Shown one piece after another: positions 17,410 to 26,849 of a stretch of 64,000 nt of DNA. The stretch spans positions 23,807 to 87,806 of the forward strand of contig JAJVHX010000012.1 in the NCBI GenBank assembly GCA_022072405.1, written 5' to 3'. The translations under genes and the position numbers were made by a program. The notes beneath the pieces are model-generated. The model was given only the letters and a program-made list of their open reading frames with translations, made no database searches and was not told the DNA's origin. The DNA is from Phycisphaerae bacterium. Lineage in GTDB: Bacteria > Planctomycetota > Phycisphaerae > UBA1845 > CAIVHJ01. The stretch's first letter is position 1. Every line of letters starts with the position of its first letter.

Positions 17410-18999
17410 TCACTGATCGGTTACTGTCTGAGTGGCGGTCGGTGTCGGGGTGATGAGCACCACCTGCGGGCCCAGGGGCTGGAACTGCAATCGCGGGTGG
17501 GAACGCAGTGCCTCGAGGTTGATCAGTTCCGGTCGCCATTTTTCTTCCAGATCAAAATAAATAATCGCTCCCTGTTCGCGGCATAGTCGCTCAACCAAAG
17601 CATCGAGGATTTCGGGCTGAGTGTGGGGCAGTTCACGGGTGGGTCGGTTGAGGAACCAGTGGAGGCGGACCGGTTCATTGCTGTAGAGGGGATAATGGAG
17701 ATCGTGCAGTTCCGGCCGGCTGAGCAGCGGTTCGGTCAAGGTTGCAAATAGCTGATCTACACCAGGGCGGGCGGGGTCCAGCCGACTACGGAGATAGCGA
17801 TAGTTCTGGCTGAGCTGGCTGCTGATCAATATGAGGCCCAGTAACATATTGATAAGTGCAACCTGGCGCGGCCGGCGGCAGACGCGCGGGGCGCTGCACA
17901 GGGCCATGATGAACAGACTGATCACCAGCGGGTAGGTGGAGGAGAAAATCCGGTCATCGAAGGGGATACCCGGATCAAACCAGGCCCGGGCCACCAGCAG
18001 GAATAACATCTGCATGGCTGAGAGCATCCCGATACTGATCACCCAGAACCTCCAGTTTGTTCCGAGGAGGCTCGCCCGTCGCGGCAAAAACAGCCACAAG
18101 ACCAACAGCAGATATACCGACAGCATTGCGAGCTGCAGAAGCGTGTGCCAATCCCGATAGCTGATCCAGGTGACCCAGGTGGCGAGTAATTGTTTGAGCG
18201 TGGCGAGGTCCAGACCATAGTGGCCCATGACCCGCACTGCACCATCAGGGTAGATCAGGCGGTTGCGGATCATCCAGCCGGCGATGGGCAGAGCAGCCAG
18301 TCCACCCACCAGCAGTGCCCGCCCGCAGCAGCGGCGCCATGAACCCGTGTCGGCGATCATGACCAGCAGCGCGATACCGGGGATCAGAAAAATGCCCTGA
18401 TAACGGGTGGCGGCTGCCAGGCCGGTGCAGATACCGAGGCCGATCACCCAGCGCCAACGACCCGAATTTTGCAGATTGAGCAGCAGATGCAGGCTGGCTA
18501 GCAGCAGCAGCAGGTACAACGGTTCGCTGAGGGGCTGCAGGTGTATTGTAAAGATCGGCTTGGAGGCGGCGATCAGCAGCAGTGTGGTGAGCGTCGGGCA
18601 GAGGCGCTGCGACACTCGCCAGACCAGCCAACTCAACAGCCAGAGTGTGAGCCAATAGAGCATCACGCTGATCGGCCAGATGAGCTGGTTTACGGATAAT
18701 CCAGCGAGCTTCGAGATCGTGCCCAGCAGAATCGGATAGACTGGAGCGTAATGGACCATCGGAGCGAGATCACCCGGATAATCCCAATTAACGATGGAGG
18801 TGTGCAGTCCCATTCCGGCGGCGAACTGGCGGGCTACATCGATGTAGATGATGCCATCGGAAGTGTAGCGCACTTCCCACCAGCCCTGCACCCGTCCCAG
18901 ATGCAAACCCACGGCGCAGAGCAGTGCGATACCCAGCAATAAGAGGGGAATATGACGCGGTGGAGTTACCGCAGAGGATGGCGGGGTGTTGCTGTTCAT
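17410..18999 (-). CDS. Polytopic membrane protein, GT39/PMT_2 (ArnT-like) glycosyltransferase-like
   Basis: The track ORF is 17410..19083; the ATG at 18999 (MNSNTPPSS...IPLLLLGIALLCAV) is more plausible. About 11 or more hydrophobic segments are followed by a soluble C-terminal domain. Family assignment is by architecture and composition only. Confidence 0.6.
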   Translation of the reverse strand: MNSNTPPSSAVTPPRHIPLLLLGIALLCAVGLHLGRVQGWWEVRYTSDGIIYIDVARQFAAGMGLHTSIVNWDYPGDLAPMVHYAPVYPILLGTISKLAGLSVNQLIWPISVMLYWLTLWLLSWLVWRVSQRLCPTLTTLLLIAASKPIFTIHLQPLSEPLYLLLLLASLHLLLNLQNSGRWRWVIGLGICTGLAAATRYQGIFLIPGIALLVMIADTGSWRRCCGRALLVGGLAALPIAGWMIRNRLIYPDGAVRVMGHYGLDLATLKQLLATWVTWISYRDWHTLLQLAMLSVYLLLVLWLFLPRRASLLGTNWRFWVISIGMLSAMQMLFLLVARAWFDPGIPFDDRIFSSTYPLVISLFIMALCSAPRVCRRPRQVALINMLLGLILISSQLSQNYRYLRSRLDPARPGVDQLFATLTEPLLSRPELHDLHYPLYSNEPVRLHWFLNRPTRELPHTQPEILDALVERLCREQGAIIYFDLEEKWRPELINLEALRSHPRLQFQPLGPQVVLITPTPTATQTVTDQ

Positions 19000-19189
19000 T
19001 ACCTGGGCAACATCGGCAAGAGCGGGGCGAAACCTCGAGAAGGTTTTTATTACGTTTGATGAATCGCGCGGGCAAAAGCCCACGGCTCTTGAAGAAGAAC
19101 CGGCTCGCTGGCGCCCGCGACTCGGATGATAGTGATCTGTTCAAAGATCAAGAGCATTAATAGGACTCCTTCAACCGATAATAAACAGC

Positions 19190-20968
19190 ATGTCCCCACA
19201 GGCTACTCCAACTTTGGTCGGGCGTTCATCAGCACGAATCCTGCCGCTGCTGATCCTGCTAGCCGTTCTGGGGTTGGCGGGATATGTGCGGTTCAGTAAT
19301 ATCGGGGCGATGAGTCTGTGGGAAGATGAACTGCGGCAACTGGCCAGCCACTTTGAAACGAACTGGAAATTACTGATATACCGGGCGGCGGGTGATGGGC
19401 AGTTGCCGCTGGACTACTGGCTGGGGTCGCTGGTATTTCGGATCGAAGTGTCGGATGTGGCGGCCCGGATGCCGGCAGCCATTTTGGGCACGGCTTCGAT
19501 TTTTCTGGCCTATCTGCTGGCCCGGCGAGTCGTGAGTCGCGGACTGGCGGTGGGGGTGGCGCTGGCGCTGGCCTGCAGTCCCTATCATATTCACTACAGT
19601 CTGGAAGCGCGACCCTACGCCATCTACTGGTTTCTGATGCTGCTGACCCTGCTATTGTGGAGGCGGGCGTGGGAGCGCAATCGCTGGCGGGATTGGGTGC
19701 TGTTACTGATGGTGCTCGGGCCGCTGCAGATCAGCCGGGCGCTCGATCCATTTTTATTTACCGGCATGATGGGGTTGTGGGCACTCGCAGCGGTGTGGCG
19801 GGATTGGCGTAAACGGAATGTAGCGCGCTGGTATCAGTGGAGGGGGTTGCGGTTGAGCGGCTGTCTGGTGATGGTGTGGGCACCGAGCCTTTATCTGCTC
19901 GCCCATGTGATTCATATTGCCCGGCGGGGCTTGCAGGCCAATGTGCAGGTTGCTACGGCGGGGGAGCGATTGCAGGCCATGGCCTTGAAAGTGGGGGAGA
20001 GTGTTGCGGCGGCCTATTACCCGTCAGCCTGGCTGCTGGTTCCTCTGGGGCTGGTGGGATTGGTGTGGATGTGGCGACGGGCCTCAGCTACGCGGAATGA
20101 GGTGCAGCGGATGGTACTGGCGCCGGCGTGGGGGGCCTGGATGCTGCATCTGGTTGTATTCGTGCTCATGGTTTCCGCCGATCCCAAGCCGGTCTACTGG
20201 TGTTACATGCTGCCCTTTTTCTGGATCGGGATCGCGTATGTGGTGCAGCAGTTGATCGAACGCTGGCCGCTGATGCGATCAGCCGGGATACGAACAGTTG
20301 GCGGGGCGATCATCGCGGTATTGTTGTTAGGGCAATTGCAGGTCGATCGCCGGGCGGTGGTGTTCAACAAGTCCGACTGGCGGGGCAGTCTGACCTGGCT
20401 GATGAACCACACTTCGCCGCAGGATACCATCCTCTACACCATGGAGGGGATCTACAACACATATAAATTCTCGTTCATGGATCCGGGGGTCTATTGGCGG
20501 GGTCGGGAGCAGATACCGACGGTGATCAGCCATCTGCCCACGGACTGGTCGGCCATTTTCGCGCAACCTGCCGGCCGGGTGGGATTACTGCTGCGTAATA
20601 ATCAGGAGTTGATTCTTTCCGGCAGTACGCCGATTCAGGATTGGCCTGATCTGGATGAAATCGCTCCGGGTGTTGCGGAAAAATTCGAAATTCTCGATTT
20701 CCAGTTTTTCCGGGTACTGGTCAGTCGCCAACCCTATGAACAGGTGGCGGAGGGTGTGGTAGAGGCGTGCGATGCGTTATTAAAGATTTACGGCGAAGAG
20801 CGTCCGGAATGGATTGATCTGCACGTGGCCCGTCTCCACGCCCTGTTGCATCTGCAACGGCGTGATGAAGCCTGCCGGGCACTGCCGAAGGTGATCCGAC
20901 TCGTTCCTGCTGGTGTCCGGGGACGGTTTTTGAAGGATCATCAGGATTTGGTGTTGGCCTGCCAGTAA
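19190..20968 (+). CDS. Polytopic membrane protein, GT39/PMT_2 (ArnT-like) glycosyltransferase-like
   Basis: 592-aa ORF, divergent from 17410..18999. N-terminal features: ILPLLILLAVLGLAGYVRF...MSLWEDE, EARPYAIYWFLMLLTLLLW, many TM segments, and a soluble C-terminal domain. Confidence 0.6.
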   Translation: MSPQATPTLVGRSSARILPLLILLAVLGLAGYVRFSNIGAMSLWEDELRQLASHFETNWKLLIYRAAGDGQLPLDYWLGSLVFRIEVSDVAARMPAAILGTASIFLAYLLARRVVSRGLAVGVALALACSPYHIHYSLEARPYAIYWFLMLLTLLLWRRAWERNRWRDWVLLLMVLGPLQISRALDPFLFTGMMGLWALAAVWRDWRKRNVARWYQWRGLRLSGCLVMVWAPSLYLLAHVIHIARRGLQANVQVATAGERLQAMALKVGESVAAAYYPSAWLLVPLGLVGLVWMWRRASATRNEVQRMVLAPAWGAWMLHLVVFVLMVSADPKPVYWCYMLPFFWIGIAYVVQQLIERWPLMRSAGIRTVGGAIIAVLLLGQLQVDRRAVVFNKSDWRGSLTWLMNHTSPQDTILYTMEGIYNTYKFSFMDPGVYWRGREQIPTVISHLPTDWSAIFAQPAGRVGLLLRNNQELILSGSTPIQDWPDLDEIAPGVAEKFEILDFQFFRVLVSRQPYEQVAEGVVEACDALLKIYGEERPEWIDLHVARLHALLHLQRRDEACRALPKVIRLVPAGVRGRFLKDHQDLVLACQ

Positions 20969-21014
20969 CCTGCCTTTCGACCTGCTCAGCTTACATCCTA
21001 ATCAAGATAGCATT

Positions 21015-21035
21015 GCGCGGATTGAAGTCCGCGGC
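21015..21035. repeat. Short GC-rich palindromic repeat (family 2), second copy
   Basis: gcgcggattgaagtccgcggc, compared with 8467..8487. Confidence 0.5.
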
Positions 21036-21137
21036 GCCCAGGCGGTGTTGAGAACGGGTATATTGTTTTCTCTATCTCGGATTGACTATACTACTATCGG
21101 GCAATCAAATATTTTCAACGACTGAACCGATCGAATC

Positions 21138-21899
21138 ATGGCCCAGAGCGAAATCGATTTTTCATCTTCGGGTAAATCTTCCGCTGTGCCGGCGGTTCGT
21201 CCGCCGCATGCGGTAGCGGATGGACCGCGCGCCGTACTGACGGTACAACCGGAGATCAGTTTTCTCTATCGCCAGATCGAACCCTTTTTGCGTGGGCGGG
21301 TCTGCCTGTTTGATGCCAGCCAGGGCGAGTTGGCGGCCCATCTGGGAGCTGTGGAAGAGGTGACCATCGTGCAGGCCGATGCGGCAGCCCACTGGTACGC
21401 CCTGCAGCGTTTCGGCTGGCAGTTGAATCTGCGCTGGGTGCAGCAAAGTTGGCAGGATTGTCCGTCGCGACAGGTGCCGGCGGGCGCCTTCGATACGGTA
21501 ATCGTTCATCGACTGCTGGCCTGCGAGACGGATGATGTGGCGATGTTGCGGACCATGCGACAGTTGCTGGCACCGGGCGGGCAGTTACTGGTGGTGGTCT
21601 CGGCGGGGCGAGGTCGACCAGGCTGGTCTGAACGAACCCGCCGCGAAGTCCGCCGCTATCGCCGGAGCCAGTTGGTGGAAGTTTTTGAACAGGCGCAACT
21701 GGTGGTGACGCGCAGTTTCTATTTCGATCTGGCCGGTCTGGTGCGGCGCTGGCTGTTTAATCGCGGGGGTGGGCGCTCGCGCTGGTGGTCGCCGATGGTA
21801 CATCTGGCCAATGGAACCACGCCCCTGCTGCACCGTCTGGAAGAATGGCTGGAGCTGCCGGGTGGGGCCAGTCTGCTGATGATCGGCCGCCGGTTATAA
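21138..21899 (+). CDS. Class I SAM-dependent methyltransferase-like protein
   Basis: 253 aa with a Rossmann-like pattern: VCLFDASQGELAAHLG, FDTVIVHRLL, LLAPGGQLLVVV. Confidence 0.55.
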   Translation: MAQSEIDFSSSGKSSAVPAVRPPHAVADGPRAVLTVQPEISFLYRQIEPFLRGRVCLFDASQGELAAHLGAVEEVTIVQADAAAHWYALQRFGWQLNLRWVQQSWQDCPSRQVPAGAFDTVIVHRLLACETDDVAMLRTMRQLLAPGGQLLVVVSAGRGRPGWSERTRREVRRYRRSQLVEVFEQAQLVVTRSFYFDLAGLVRRWLFNRGGGRSRWWSPMVHLANGTTPLLHRLEEWLELPGGASLLMIGRRL

Positions 21900-22114
21900 T
21901 CCTCCGATTTTTCATCATGCTCCGGCACTAGCCAACCTGCTCAACTCCCGTAGAATATTCACTGAACAGAGACGATATTTACCGAATAGAAGCGTCGATT
22001 TGAAATTCGAGATTTCAAATCAACCGGGTCATGCCCACCTGCACACGATATGCTTACCGGATGGAAAACACGGAACTATAACGCGGGTCGAGGGTCTGAT
22101 TGTTTTTGGGGAAA

Positions 22115-23776
22115 ATGTTCATGCATCGACTGTTGATTGTTCTCGGGATCATGGTGTGGTGGATGACGGGATGTACGCACCCGCCCCATTCCTCCATCCA
22201 GTTGTCGGAGCGGGTGGTGCTGCCGCCCAGGGCAGCGGTGATTTTCTTCGTCGATGGGATGGATCATCGTGTTTTCGATGAGCTGGTGGCGGCGGGGGCG
22301 CTGCCGAACATGCAGAAATATTTTGTGACCGGCGGGGTCAGCATCGAACACGCCATCGACTCCATGCCCTCGATTACCTATTGTAATTCGTCATCCATCA
22401 TCACCGGTTGTTTTCCGGGGCATCATGGTATTCTAGGTAACAGCTGGTTTGATCCGGAAACGATCCAGATGGTGGGCTATGGTTCGGCGGGCACCTATCG
22501 CGCGGTGAATGATCATCTCCAGCAGCCGACCCTTTATGAGATGCTCGACGATCGTTTCAGCGTGAATGTGCAGTGTCATACGCGGCGGGGTGTCAAACAG
22601 ACGGTGGATGATGTGGTGCATTCCGGGGTGTGCTGGCTGCTGCGACAATACAGTCGCGTTGACGCCCATGCGGGTTGGAATATCGTCGAAGTCGCGGAGC
22701 TGGCGGAGAGCGCCCGCGAATGGCCGACAGTGACGATGTTCTATTTTCCCGGCGTGGATGAGCATGCCCATCGCCACGGGGTGGAATCGGCGGAATATCG
22801 CCAAGCCATCCGCATCGTCGATCGGGCGATCGGCCGGGTGTGCGAAGCCATTCAACAAAGTCCGCTGGGAGAACGAACTTATTTTGTGCTGGTGAGCGAT
22901 CATGGCCACATCGCCACGCCGCCGGAGCGCTCTTTCGCGTTTTACGATTATCTGACCAAAGGGCTGGGCTATCGGGTGCATCGCCCGGAGACGGAGGATC
23001 GCGATGAATTTGAAGCCCATCTGCGTCGGCTGCGGAATAAGGATATCGTGCTGATCACGGAGGAGAGCCGGCGGGCGGCGCTGCATCTGCGCGGGCCACA
23101 CAACTGGGGTGGCGCGCCGGATGCGGAATTGCTCTCCCGGCTGCTGAATCCGGCCGTATTGGCCCATCCGCAGGCGGTGGAGCTGGTGACCTGGCCGATC
23201 AGTCCGAATCGCATCGGGGTGCTGAATCGTACAGGCCGAGCGGTCATCGAACGACGATTACACGAAGGGGAAAAACAGTATCGGCTGCTGATCGAAGCAG
23301 GGGATCCGCTGCGGTATCTGGCGGAGGGAGTGGTTATCCAGGCTCATGAAGCTGAGTCCGCGCGGGCTGAAACCGGCGATTCGGAACAGAGGAACCAGGT
23401 GCTGGAGTTGGGGGAGTGGTACAGTTCACGTGAATGGTTACGGGCGACTTGCCGGGCGGAGCTGCCCGATTTTGTACCGCAGGTTATGGAGATGTTTGAT
23501 TCGCCGCGCGCGGGCGATATCGTACTCTTTGCCGCCGAGGATTATTCGTTTGATAATCCCTGGCAGGGGGCGCATGGTTCCTGTCTGGCGGCGGATATGC
23601 ACGTACCGTTTTATATCTGCGGACCGGACATACCCGCCGGCAGCCGGATCAAAGCCGGGCGACTGGTCGATCTGGTGCCGACACTGCTGGAGTTGCTCGG
23701 CGAAAAGCAGCGCATTGCCCAGCAGCCGCAACTGGATGGGGTGAGCCTGGCAGGTGAAATCCTGAAGGCGCCGTGA
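22115..23776 (+). CDS. Alkaline-phosphatase-superfamily nucleotide pyrophosphatase/phosphodiesterase (NPP-type), probable lipoprotein
   Basis: The track ORF starts at TTG 22100; ATG 22115 or 22121 is preferred. Lipobox-like WWMTGC. Motifs: VIFFVDGMDHRVF, MPSITYCNSSSIITGCFPGHHGI, FPGVDEHAHRHG, VLVSDHGH, GAHGS. Confidence 0.8.
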   Translation: MFMHRLLIVLGIMVWWMTGCTHPPHSSIQLSERVVLPPRAAVIFFVDGMDHRVFDELVAAGALPNMQKYFVTGGVSIEHAIDSMPSITYCNSSSIITGCFPGHHGILGNSWFDPETIQMVGYGSAGTYRAVNDHLQQPTLYEMLDDRFSVNVQCHTRRGVKQTVDDVVHSGVCWLLRQYSRVDAHAGWNIVEVAELAESAREWPTVTMFYFPGVDEHAHRHGVESAEYRQAIRIVDRAIGRVCEAIQQSPLGERTYFVLVSDHGHIATPPERSFAFYDYLTKGLGYRVHRPETEDRDEFEAHLRRLRNKDIVLITEESRRAALHLRGPHNWGGAPDAELLSRLLNPAVLAHPQAVELVTWPISPNRIGVLNRTGRAVIERRLHEGEKQYRLLIEAGDPLRYLAEGVVIQAHEAESARAETGDSEQRNQVLELGEWYSSREWLRATCRAELPDFVPQVMEMFDSPRAGDIVLFAAEDYSFDNPWQGAHGSCLAADMHVPFYICGPDIPAGSRIKAGRLVDLVPTLLELLGEKQRIAQQPQLDGVSLAGEILKAP

Positions 23777-23798
23777 CGTCTCAGAAACATTTAGTCGT

Positions 23799-25133
23799 TC
23801 ACTCGTCATCGATTTGTTTTTTGCTGCGCAGCAGGTGGTGATAGTGCTGGGCGAAACGGTGGGCTTCGTCACGGGCGTGTTGCAGCACGCGCAGAGCAGG
23901 ATCATGACGCTGCAGCCGCACCGGGGTGGAGCGGGCCTGGATATAGATTTCCTCTTCGCGTTTGGCGAGCGAGATCACCATCGGCGGGCGGATGGTCATT
24001 TCGGAAAAAGCCTCCAGGGCAGCGTGCAGTTGCCCCAGGCCTCCGTCGATCAGGATAATATCAGGATAGAGTTCCTCACCGCCGGCGGCGTGGCGATAAC
24101 GCCGGCTGACCACTTCGCGGATGCTGGCGTAATCATCTATTCCTTCCACGGTTTTGATGCGGAAGCGCTTGTAGCCGGGTTTGAATGGCTTGCCGTCTAT
24201 AAAACAGACCAGGGAGCCGACCGTTTCCGCCCCCTGAATGTGGGCGATATCGATGCACTCGATGCTGCGCGGCGGCTGGTCCATTTCCAGCAATTGCCCC
24301 AGCCGTTCCAGTCCCTCGCTCGGATCAACGAAAAAGACCTCCGGCTGCAGGTTGACGCGCGGATCTCCGGAGAGCGAGAGTGATTCGATGGCCTTGAGCT
24401 GGTCGCGAAGCGCCGCCGCCTCTTCGTAGCGTTTTTCCGCCGCCGCCAGCTCCATCTCCTTTTTCATCTGGCGAATCAGAATGGTGTGTTTGCTGTACAG
24501 AAATTTCTTCAGCCGGTCAATATCGGCGCGATAAGCTTCACGACTGATGCGGTCACCGCAGGGGGCGGTGCACTGGTGGATGGCATGCAGCAAGCAGGGG
24601 CGGAAGAAGCGTCTCTTGTCATCGTCCTCCAGTATTTCCAGTTCGCAGGTGCGGAACTTGAATACCTTCTGCAGGGCATTTACGGCGACATACAACTGCT
24701 GCGCGTTGACAAAGGGACCCCAAAGTTTGGAGCCTTTCAGCCGTGGTTTGCGGGTGACGTAGACGGCTGGGTAATCGTCCTGCATGGTAATTTCAAGGTA
24801 GGGAAAAGTTTTACCGTCCTTGAGATCGGCGTTGAAGGGCGGCTGGATATCCTTGATCAGGCGGCTTTCCTGCAGGAGTGCATCCACTTCGGTGGGACAT
24901 TCCAGCGTGTCGATCTCCGTGACCATAGCTATCATGCGGGCGATTTCCGGTCCGCGGGTGTTGAGCAGGTCGGCGGATTCCTGGAAATAGGTATTGACCC
25001 GGCTGCGCAGCTCCTTGGCCTTGCCGATGTAGAGCACGCGACCCTGGGCGTCTTTCATGAAATAAACACCGGGGCTGCGAGGTAGCTGGGCAATCCGCTG
25101 CCGAATCTTCTCTATGCGTTCAAGATCACTCAT
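23799..25133 (-). CDS. uvrC: Excinuclease ABC subunit C (short form, no C-terminal helix-hairpin-helix region)
   Basis: GIY-YIG domain (PGVYFMKDAQGRVLYIGKAKELRSRVNTYF). UVR-like helix (EKRYEEAAALRDQLKAIESL). Endonuclease domain (IECIDIAHIQGAETVGSLVCFIDGKPFKPGYKRFRIK; ILIDGGLGQL). The ORF ends at RDEAHRFAQHYHHLLRSKK. The track start is 25169; ATG 25133 (MSDLERIEK) is likely. Confidence 0.85.
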   Translation of the reverse strand: MSDLERIEKIRQRIAQLPRSPGVYFMKDAQGRVLYIGKAKELRSRVNTYFQESADLLNTRGPEIARMIAMVTEIDTLECPTEVDALLQESRLIKDIQPPFNADLKDGKTFPYLEITMQDDYPAVYVTRKPRLKGSKLWGPFVNAQQLYVAVNALQKVFKFRTCELEILEDDDKRRFFRPCLLHAIHQCTAPCGDRISREAYRADIDRLKKFLYSKHTILIRQMKKEMELAAAEKRYEEAAALRDQLKAIESLSLSGDPRVNLQPEVFFVDPSEGLERLGQLLEMDQPPRSIECIDIAHIQGAETVGSLVCFIDGKPFKPGYKRFRIKTVEGIDDYASIREVVSRRYRHAAGGEELYPDIILIDGGLGQLHAALEAFSEMTIRPPMVISLAKREEEIYIQARSTPVRLQRHDPALRVLQHARDEAHRFAQHYHHLLRSKKQIDDE

Positions 25134-25374
25134 CGCTAATATTTTAGTGCACCGGCGGTGCGAACTCACCCACTGCTTTCCCTTTCCGGATGTCAGGAAT
25201 AAACGTATCTATTCGAGTCCGGTCCGGTAAGAGTTCGTTCCATCGGTTTTGAGTCAGGCTGTTCTATCGGACTTGCCTGCAATTTTAGTTGGCTTGCCAA
25301 TAGGACGAATTCTACACTAATTTGAATCTGTGTGACCAGCGACTGCCGTATGTTTCTATGAGGAGCATCCCATA

Positions 25375-26103
25375 ATGACTCAGGCCAGAAAACGCTTGCT
25401 CGGCCATCGCCGAAAGGGCATTGTAGCGATGCTCGTGATGATCATCCTTTTCAGCGGATGCGGGTCGGCGCCCACCGGAAGCCCGGTGATGGAGGAGGAG
25501 GAATCCACCGCCTTTATTCCAGGTGAAGGTAACACCCTGGGCACACTGATCAGCGAAGACGGGACCGCATACGAAATCAGTTCTTCTGAAGGGACTGGTC
25601 AGCCTGAAATCTCCACGGACGGTGTTTCCATGCTGTTTCCCAATGAAACGATGTCCAGCTGGACCCTGTCAGGGGAAGCAGGCAGCTTTACCATGCGGTT
25701 GGCTGATAATGCCGATCAGATCAGATTGGTGGTCGCACCGGCCGGTGAAACGCCTGTCGAAGTTGAATTGAGTTCAACTGATTCCGAATATCTTTTACCA
25801 TTTCTCCAGCCGGATGAAGTGTCGGCTCGGGTGATCTCGCAGGCGAACTTCTCGCACGCGGATTGTATCGAACTGAAGTTGGATATTAACGGCTTCTGCG
25901 GTTTGGTTGATGCTTTTTATACATATGACTCTGACAATGTAAAGGGCATATTACTCTTTTTCATTGATTCGGGTCAATTTCCTGAACTCAAGCCCTATCG
26001 CTCATTTATCGTGCTGGTTTTCGATTCCTACTACAAAGAAATGACTGAATTTTGCCAGGAATATAATGTGCTGGAGGAATTGATCAATTGCTACGACGAC
26101 TGA
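25375..26103 (+). CDS. Hypothetical lipoprotein
   Basis: Signal and lipobox IVAMLVMIILFSGCGS. Acidic and Ser/Thr-rich. The 3' half is visibly AT-richer than its neighbours. Confidence 0.55.
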   Translation: MTQARKRLLGHRRKGIVAMLVMIILFSGCGSAPTGSPVMEEEESTAFIPGEGNTLGTLISEDGTAYEISSSEGTGQPEISTDGVSMLFPNETMSSWTLSGEAGSFTMRLADNADQIRLVVAPAGETPVEVELSSTDSEYLLPFLQPDEVSARVISQANFSHADCIELKLDINGFCGLVDAFYTYDSDNVKGILLFFIDSGQFPELKPYRSFIVLVFDSYYKEMTEFCQEYNVLEELINCYDD

Positions 26104-26181
26104 AGTGATGGACCCGGGAGTAATAAACGCTGCTGCAGCCTCGGGGACCCAGGCCCTGTATCACCGGCGTACCGCGATTAG

Positions 26182-26808
26182 TCACAAGCTCTCCTGGGCG
26201 GTGAATGCCGGGTCCAGATCATCGGATAAAATTTCCAGTTCGTCGAGGGTGAAAGGTCGGCCGCATTCCGAGCAGATTCCCGTGGTGTTGCCGATCAGAT
26301 TATAACCACATCCCGGGCAGAAGCTCTTGTGTGTGACCAGCAGTTTGCCGCGTGATTTTCGCGAAGCCACCCACACCAAAGTGAACAATCCGCCATTGAT
26401 GGCCGCCGCTAACAGCCCTCCGGACAGCATACTGATCAGTATCCAAATCCAGCGTCCTCCAACGAACATCCAGGAAGACCCTCTGGAAAATTCCATGACC
26501 ACGGGAACCAGATAAATCCAGCCCAGATAGAAAAAGCCGAAGAAAAATCCATGCCACCATTTTCGTAAGCGGGAATGAAAGCGGATGATCAGGAGCGACG
26601 GCACCAGAAAACCCAGTGCGGTGATGAGGGTGATCAGAGCAATTTCTGCCATATCAGGCCAGCGGCTTGATTCAAAATACCACATCACCCCCACGATCGG
26701 TGAGATGATCACACCGTACAGCAGTGCAGTGCCGGCGGCCAATAAAAAAATTCTGCCGACCGACCACAATTCGGCTTTCCGTACTTTCTGGGGCAGAGGT
26801 TTGATCAT
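26182..26808 (-). CDS. Polytopic membrane protein with C-terminal CxxCGYxLxG...CxECG zinc ribbon
   Basis: 208 aa with about 5 hydrophobic segments, then CPGCGYNLIGNTTGICSECGRPF. Confidence 0.65.
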   Translation of the reverse strand: MIKPLPQKVRKAELWSVGRIFLLAAGTALLYGVIISPIVGVMWYFESSRWPDMAEIALITLITALGFLVPSLLIIRFHSRLRKWWHGFFFGFFYLGWIYLVPVVMEFSRGSSWMFVGGRWIWILISMLSGGLLAAAINGGLFTLVWVASRKSRGKLLVTHKSFCPGCGYNLIGNTTGICSECGRPFTLDELEILSDDLDPAFTAQESL

Positions 26809-26849
26809 ACGGTAAATATTAGGAGGTCATTTTTCAAAAAGCGAACGGG

